From: a virus
IMG/VR virus record: IMGVR_UViG_3300032311_001249
Location: 1-64,000 of that record
Strand: one strand, 5' to 3'
DNA length: 64,000 bases
Shown here: positions 58,733-64,000 of the stretch, one piece after another
How positions within the stretch are numbered: position 1 is the first letter of the stretch
Layout: the number at the start of each line of letters is the position of its first letter
Program-made: the position numbers and the translations under genes
Notes under the pieces: model-generated
The model's input: only the letters and a program-made list of their open reading frames with translations
Database searches by the model: none
Told to the model about the DNA's origin: nothing

Positions 58733-59380
58733 CTAACTATATAAAAATTTAGTTCCATTAGATACATAAGTATCTATATATTTCATAGACGGAATAATAG
58801 TAACTTTATCAGGAGTCTTACTATGAATATCTTTTACCATATCACAAACATGTTCTTCAAATATTTTTCCAAGATCATTCACTTCTGTTTCTAATGTAAA
58901 ATATTGTTTAAATATATTTTTATTACAACCAAAAAATACAGTACTTACGTGTCTATCGTAATCTCTAGTTAATGTATAGAAATCATGATTTTTACTTATT
59001 ATTGATTCACAGTCGGGAGAAAAATATCTTCCAGATATTTTGAAAAACACATCTGAATCTTTTAAAAAATAAGAATTATCTAATACAAACAATAGTGTAT
59101 CTTTTTCTCCGTGTCCTTTACCTTTTCCTATAGCGGTATTTTGTGTAATAGATAAATATTCTATTCGATCTGAATATTCTATAAATTTATTCTTCAAAAA
59201 ACTTAAATCATAATTAGAGTTTTCTGCAAAAATAATATTTAAATTAGTTTTTTGTAAAAAATTATTTAAAGCATTAATATAATGTGATTTACGTGTTTCG
59301 ATATTATTTCTACTAAGTTGTGGACAACCTTCTACATTTATAGTGGCAGTCATTATTAAATTATTTCTTATTAAATTCAT
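58733..59380 (-). CDS. Glycan-cluster protein, glycosyltransferase-like
   Basis: TATI...R...Y, ENS, GKG.GE, KISGRY motifs; start at 59380. Confidence 0.55.
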   Translation of the reverse strand: MNLIRNNLIMTATINVEGCPQLSRNNIETRKSHYINALNNFLQKTNLNIIFAENSNYDLSFLKNKFIEYSDRIEYLSITQNTAIGKGKGHGEKDTLLFVLDNSYFLKDSDVFFKISGRYFSPDCESIISKNHDFYTLTRDYDRHVSTVFFGCNKNIFKQYFTLETEVNDLGKIFEEHVCDMVKDIHSKTPDKVTIIPSMKYIDTYVSNGTKFLYS

Positions 59381-60152
59381 ATGCTTCGTGTATTTGTTCA
59401 CTAATGTCTTTAAGACTAATATCAGATAATAAACATTTGTTGACGTATTTATCAGATTCAAATGGAATTAAATTTTTATGAAGATTTAAAATTTCGTTGA
59501 TATTTTTTAATATTTTATATTTAGATATTTTTTCTGTTCCTAATTGTAAAACATTTGAATTTGTTAATATATCCTTTTCTAAAATTATTTTCTCTGCCCA
59601 TTTAGCCCATTCTAATGTAGTTATACCATTCCAGTATTGGTTTATAAATCCTTTAATACTTTCATTCTGACACTCAACAAACCAATTCCATAAGGACTTG
59701 CCTCCAATATTTTCTGGACCTATAATAGATGTTCTTATTTGGACTATATTTGGATTTTTCAGACTTTCTAAATACATATAAGATATTTTTTTACTAATAC
59801 CATAGTCATCTATAGCATCTGGATAATCTGTTTTTTTGTAAAAATGATCAATATTAATTTTTCCAGAAAATTCACAATCGGTTGAAGGATTTATTATTTT
59901 TCCTTTAAAGAATTTTGTTAAATAAATCGGAAGTTCAGTATTTACATAGTAGTAATCTTTTATAGTTGATGTTTTCTGAGGAATACAACCTATACAATTT
60001 ATTAACCATTCTGAATTTGAAGACTTTATAAAGTCTTCAAATTCCTTTGTACCCCAACGATTATCTGTTATTTCAATATCAAAATTTTGTCTCAAATATT
60101 TAAATACAGTATTCCCTAATAATCCGTTATGTCCTAAAATTAATATCTTCAT
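59361..60152 (-). CDS. RmlD-like NDP-4-keto-6-deoxysugar reductase
   Basis: GHNGLLG, INCIG, STDC.FSG, YG.SK, RTSIIG, WNGITT. Confidence 0.88.
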   Translation of the reverse strand: MKILILGHNGLLGNTVFKYLRQNFDIEITDNRWGTKEFEDFIKSSNSEWLINCIGCIPQKTSTIKDYYYVNTELPIYLTKFFKGKIINPSTDCEFSGKINIDHFYKKTDYPDAIDDYGISKKISYMYLESLKNPNIVQIRTSIIGPENIGGKSLWNWFVECQNESIKGFINQYWNGITTLEWAKWAEKIILEKDILTNSNVLQLGTEKISKYKILKNINEILNLHKNLIPFESDKYVNKCLLSDISLKDISEQIHEAYEFNKK

Positions 60153-61075
60153 GGTTTAAAATAATTATACTGATTTAAAAAATCATTAAGTTCTTTTTTA
60201 GAAATACAATAATCTCGACTTGAATAATATTTTGGTATATTCGCATTATTATATATTTTAGAGTAATGCATATAGTAATATTTCGAACATTCTGTTGTAC
60301 GTACAGATTCTTCTTCAGAAAACATTATTTCGTGTAATTTTTCGGAAATTCTAGGAACACCCTTTTTATAATTTAGATTAAATTTTTCATTAAAAATTTC
60401 AAACAAATCTTTTATTCTAAAACTTTTAATTTTTGGTATTATGTTAAACCCTTTAAAATTTAATGAGTGTTCTATTAAATCTACAGCTTCATCTGATGTT
60501 ATCATAAATCGAGTCATTTCATCAGAGTATAAAGTTAATTGGTAGTTATTTTTAATAGAATCCCATATAAGAGGTATTAAACTTCCAGTCGAATTCAAAA
60601 CATTTCCGTATATTGCTGTGCTTAAGTTAATATCGTTTTTATCAGAATTTACAATAAATGATTCACCTGCAATAAATTTCATAGCACCGTATAAAGTTGT
60701 AGCAGAACGACTCTTATCAGAAGAAATAAAACATGCAGATTTCATTTTATTTTTTTCAGCAGAATACCTACCATTAAAAGCTCCGTCAATTATTATTTTA
60801 TTAGCTTCTTCAACATTTTGATCTACTGCTTCAATCTGTTTTAAACTAGCTGCAAAAATTCCTATAGAGCAACCTTCAGAAGAACGAAGAAGTAAATCAC
60901 GATCTCGTACATCCCCGATAATTGTTCGGATCTTCGGAAATTGTTTTTTTAAATAATAATGCTTGGCCTCATCTCTAGAAAATATAACAATATCATTAGC
61001 GTCGTAGAATTTTTTTATGATGTTTTTTCCTAAAAACCCCGCGCCGCCTGTTATAAATATTTTTTCATTTTTCAT
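60149..61075 (-). CDS. UDP-GlcNAc 4,6-dehydratase (FnlA/PseB family)
   Basis: ITGGAG.LG, FSRDE.K, IGDVRD, AA.LKQ, SSDK, YGAMK, YGNV..S.GS, MTRF, EKLHE. Confidence 0.92.
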   Translation of the reverse strand: MKNEKIFITGGAGFLGKNIIKKFYDANDIVIFSRDEAKHYYLKKQFPKIRTIIGDVRDRDLLLRSSEGCSIGIFAASLKQIEAVDQNVEEANKIIIDGAFNGRYSAEKNKMKSACFISSDKSRSATTLYGAMKFIAGESFIVNSDKNDINLSTAIYGNVLNSTGSLIPLIWDSIKNNYQLTLYSDEMTRFMITSDEAVDLIEHSLNFKGFNIIPKIKSFRIKDLFEIFNEKFNLNYKKGVPRISEKLHEIMFSEEESVRTTECSKYYYMHYSKIYNNANIPKYYSSRDYCISKKELNDFLNQYNYFKP

Positions 61076-61872
61076 ATATAAATCAATTGTTTATTTCGAG
61101 ATATTTTTTTAACAATAGCATTATCGTTTACCCAAGGTAAAAAGTCTTTTAACATTTGAGGAAAATGCTTACAATTTTGTAATCTCATCCAATTATTATA
61201 AGCATCTTTGTATCCGTAAAAATTTTCTTTAAATTTAACTTGTTCTGGAAGAACATATGCATAATGATCAAATATCCAGTTTTTCTGTCCTGTGAAGTTT
61301 TTAGATAAAAATTCAGTAAGACCGTGAATTCTTGGTGGTTCATGAGTTCTCCAAGAAGTCTTGTTATTTATTTTCCATAAACGACACCATTCATCAGCTT
61401 TGTTACCATATGTATCATCTGATGTGATTAGTATATTAGGTCCAACAAAATAATTACATCTAAACAACATTCCATCAAATCCTTCATTATTCAAGGCATA
61501 ATCAGTAACTTCTTGTAAAGTTTCAGGATTCCAAATCTCATCCACATCAAACTGCATTAAGATGCAATCATTCATCTTATCATTTACCACGTTACACATT
61601 TCTGTTTTACCATTCCAGAAATCGTTTTTACGGTGAACAAAAACTTTTTTGTTATCGGCTATACTATCTAAAAATTCAGTAGTTCCGTCTATGGATAATT
61701 TTTTATCAGAATAAAATCTTTGATCAATATTCTGACACCATGCTGTGTCAAATGTAGGAAGAGTCGCACCTTCAATTACATGCCATTCATCAAACACCTG
61801 AAGTATAACTTCTGTTTGTTTTTTTATGAATGGCATACCATTCAATACTATTGTAAATGCTATTTTTTTCAT
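61072..61872 (-). CDS. GT2-like glycosyltransferase
   Basis: IEGA, S.DGT.EFL, DVDE, HYAY; ATGA coupling. Confidence 0.7.
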   Translation of the reverse strand: MKKIAFTIVLNGMPFIKKQTEVILQVFDEWHVIEGATLPTFDTAWCQNIDQRFYSDKKLSIDGTTEFLDSIADNKKVFVHRKNDFWNGKTEMCNVVNDKMNDCILMQFDVDEIWNPETLQEVTDYALNNEGFDGMLFRCNYFVGPNILITSDDTYGNKADEWCRLWKINNKTSWRTHEPPRIHGLTEFLSKNFTGQKNWIFDHYAYVLPEQVKFKENFYGYKDAYNNWMRLQNCKHFPQMLKDFLPWVNDNAIVKKISRNKQLIYI

Positions 61873-62588
61873 AATTTTATCCAATATCTATTTAATACAG
61901 GTAATCCTCTCATTCTACCATCTTTTAAAGGATTTCCATAATAACCGTGTTTTAATAAAAGAACGTTTTTCTTGACTGGTATATTTAATTGATCTACTAG
62001 ATTAGAAAAACTACTCTCTATCAATATGTGTTGCTCTGCATCTTCTAATACTCCTAACCAATCAAAAACACTATCTGTTATTGGTGATATGTCTATTCTT
62101 TTAATAGATTCGTTTTCCCATAGAACAGAACGTTTTGAGTCTGATGCTTTTTCTTGAACAACAACAAAAGGATTATCTGCCTCTATTGTAGTTTTTAAAA
62201 GATTTTCTTTTTGAGCATTTCTATTTATCTTTAATTTCCACTTTTCTTCAAAAGGAACATCTGCTAAGAAATATTTAAACTCATCAAAAGAATATAAATC
62301 TTGAGTCAAGTAATTTTGGGAATTCAATGGATTTGCATTAGGTATAGTAAATGCTAAATCAATAATTTTTGTGCAGAAATTATTGATGCATGTCTGATAT
62401 GCCTCCATACAATCAAATTCTATAGGCATAAATTTTACATAATCTACATATTCTGTAAAATTTTTAATCATTTCTTTTTCTACAGGCCAAATTATCTCAT
62501 AACCTCTATCATAGTACCATTTTGCTATGGGCAGGCATATTATAATATCTCCTATTTTTCCCGGTTGAATTATTCCTAATCTTCTCAT
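61869..62588 (-). CDS. GT9/heptosyltransferase-like protein
   Basis: G.IGDIII.LP, IESSFSNL. Confidence 0.6.
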   Translation of the reverse strand: MRRLGIIQPGKIGDIIICLPIAKWYYDRGYEIIWPVEKEMIKNFTEYVDYVKFMPIEFDCMEAYQTCINNFCTKIIDLAFTIPNANPLNSQNYLTQDLYSFDEFKYFLADVPFEEKWKLKINRNAQKENLLKTTIEADNPFVVVQEKASDSKRSVLWENESIKRIDISPITDSVFDWLGVLEDAEQHILIESSFSNLVDQLNIPVKKNVLLLKHGYYGNPLKDGRMRGLPVLNRYWIKL

Positions 62589-63460
62589 TCTATATATTTT
62601 ATTTGGTTATCAAGATTTATATTCATAGCATCAAAAAATGTTTTTTGTATTTGTTGTTCATTCTCTTGTGGCTGTAAGAACGCTCCCCATGGTTTTCTTT
62701 TACACAAGTTATATTGTAGATTAAAGTATATAATATTATCAGCTATTCTAAACAAGTGATTTTTTCTAAAAATATCTTCATTATGTTTTTTTTCAGGACA
62801 CTCTGATGTCACTGCTGCATTACCATGAAACATATGCAAAGCAAACATAGGATAAGAATTAGAGATTATACACTTCTCTCCAAATATAACCATTAATCCT
62901 GCTATAACCACATCAAAAAAAGGTTTACCTATAACAAACTTACTAATAAAGTGTTTTTTATATTTAGAAAACCATTTATTTTCAAAAACAAAATAATCAT
63001 AACCTGCTATTTCTGTTCTGATGGGTTTTACATTCTCATCTAACACATCTTGAAAAGAGTTTATTTCCTCTATCTCTAATCTTGGTCCGGCCATGCAATC
63101 TGGTTCTTCTTTTAATATTTTTTCTATTAATCCCGGTAAAAGAATCACATCAGAATTAACAAACACAACATAATCACATTTACTAATAATAAAACCTTTG
63201 CATATTATTTCCGAAATTACTGGTAATTTTTTTTCACTGTTTTTGATATAAGATTCAGACGAACATTCCAAAACATGAACAGTATCTATTCCCTCATAAT
63301 GAGCATCAAAAGTTTCTTCCTCATCTTTAAATTGTAAATTAAACAAATATACGTTGTCTGGAAATTTCTCTTTTAAATTTAAAAGAGATTGCATAGCAAC
63401 ATTCTGTCTATGATATTTACCAAAAGTATTAGTTATTACGGCTATAGTTTTATTACTCAT
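62585..63460 (-). CDS. GT-A glycosyltransferase-like
   Basis: LP.I.E, FVNSDV, GYDYFVF, G.PFFD, H..H. Confidence 0.65.
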   Translation of the reverse strand: MSNKTIAVITNTFGKYHRQNVAMQSLLNLKEKFPDNVYLFNLQFKDEEETFDAHYEGIDTVHVLECSSESYIKNSEKKLPVISEIICKGFIISKCDYVVFVNSDVILLPGLIEKILKEEPDCMAGPRLEIEEINSFQDVLDENVKPIRTEIAGYDYFVFENKWFSKYKKHFISKFVIGKPFFDVVIAGLMVIFGEKCIISNSYPMFALHMFHGNAAVTSECPEKKHNEDIFRKNHLFRIADNIIYFNLQYNLCKRKPWGAFLQPQENEQQIQKTFFDAMNINLDNQIKYIE

Positions 63461-64000
63461 ATTTGTTATATAATTCGTTTTTAATATCAATATTAACTTT
63501 ATATTGATGATTTATTTTATTGTTTATTTGATTTTTTATTCCTTGTGCCATATTGTTTACATTTTTGGAATCAAGAATACATTTAAAATTATCAACATAT
63601 ATCAGTTTGTTAACAATCATCTGATCGGTGATGGGATAGTTTATCTTTGCTAAAACTTTAGACATTTCGTGAATAATCTTTTGATAAAACAAAGAAATAC
63701 TAGAAAAATTTCCCAATATAAGACCACTATTTATAACTATATTGTGTTTTACTATATCAAATACATTCTGACCATAACACACCATGCACCAAGTCTTATT
63801 AGTGTCGCAGTCATTAAAAGTTAAATCTTCTAAACTCAACCAAACATCATCATGAGGCAATTCAAAAGGATTTATTTTAAAATAAACATCATTCATATCA
63901 CAGTAAAAAATATCATGATCTTTCAAAGATTCTTTATATTTTTCTAAAAATAAATGTATATAAATTATTTTGTTGTTGTACGGGGATGTTTGAAACAACA
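63453..64000 (-). CDS. Glycosyltransferase-like (5' end beyond window)
   Basis: D..DVYF..NPF, INSG.I.G, DQ...N. Confidence 0.65.
   Translation of the reverse strand, partial: LFQTSPYNNKIIYIHLFLEKYKESLKDHDIFYCDMNDVYFKINPFELPHDDVWLSLEDLTFNDCDTNKTWCMVCYGQNVFDIVKHNIVINSGLILGNFSSISLFYQKIIHEMSKVLAKINYPITDQMIVNKLIYVDNFKCILDSKNVNNMAQGIKNQINNKINHQYKVNIDIKNELYNKYE

Noticed and set aside
1-64000. Stop-codon reassignment
   Set aside because: Core genes are full-length in the standard code and end in TAA, TAG or TGA.
1-64000. tRNA, rRNA, group I intron or reverse transcriptase
   Set aside because: Intergenic gaps are too short and are explained by promoters/terminators; no RT motifs in any ORF.

Overview
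This 64-kb window is a segment of an AT-rich, T4-like large myovirus genome (standard code; TAA, TAG and TGA all act as stops). Head genes: gp21 protease, gp67-like, gp22 scaffold, gp23 capsid. Packaging: gp16 and gp17. Neck, tail and baseplate: gp14, gp15, gp18, gp3, gp54/gp48-like, two gp26-like, gp29-like tape measure, gp53, gp27 and a split gp5. Replication and recombination: gp61, gp62, gp45, gp32, gp59-like, gp41, UvsX, gp43, gp46. Also present are three paralogous fibre/adhesin genes, two Hef-like endonucleases, a MoxR-VWA pair, GroES, thioredoxin and a >=8-kb sugar-nucleotide/glycosyltransferase/FkbM cluster. Gene order is scrambled relative to T4. Signals read directly from the sequence: (1) apparent complete avoidance of CCWGG, with every Pro-Gly checked coded CCS-GGN; (2) about 28 genes with a TAA(A/G/T)TA motif 5-6 nt before the start and no Shine-Dalgarno, including palindromic bidirectional versions; (3) a 45-bp fibre repeat array whose copies differ almost only by non-synonymous changes at adenines of AAT codons (DGR-like; no reverse transcriptase in the window); (4) an identical 33-bp terminator flanking one endonuclease; (5) six dispersed orphans with capsid-targeting-like N-termini; (6) duplicated gp26-like genes that may replace a G/GT frameshift. 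All product calls come from motif recognition by eye, not database searches.
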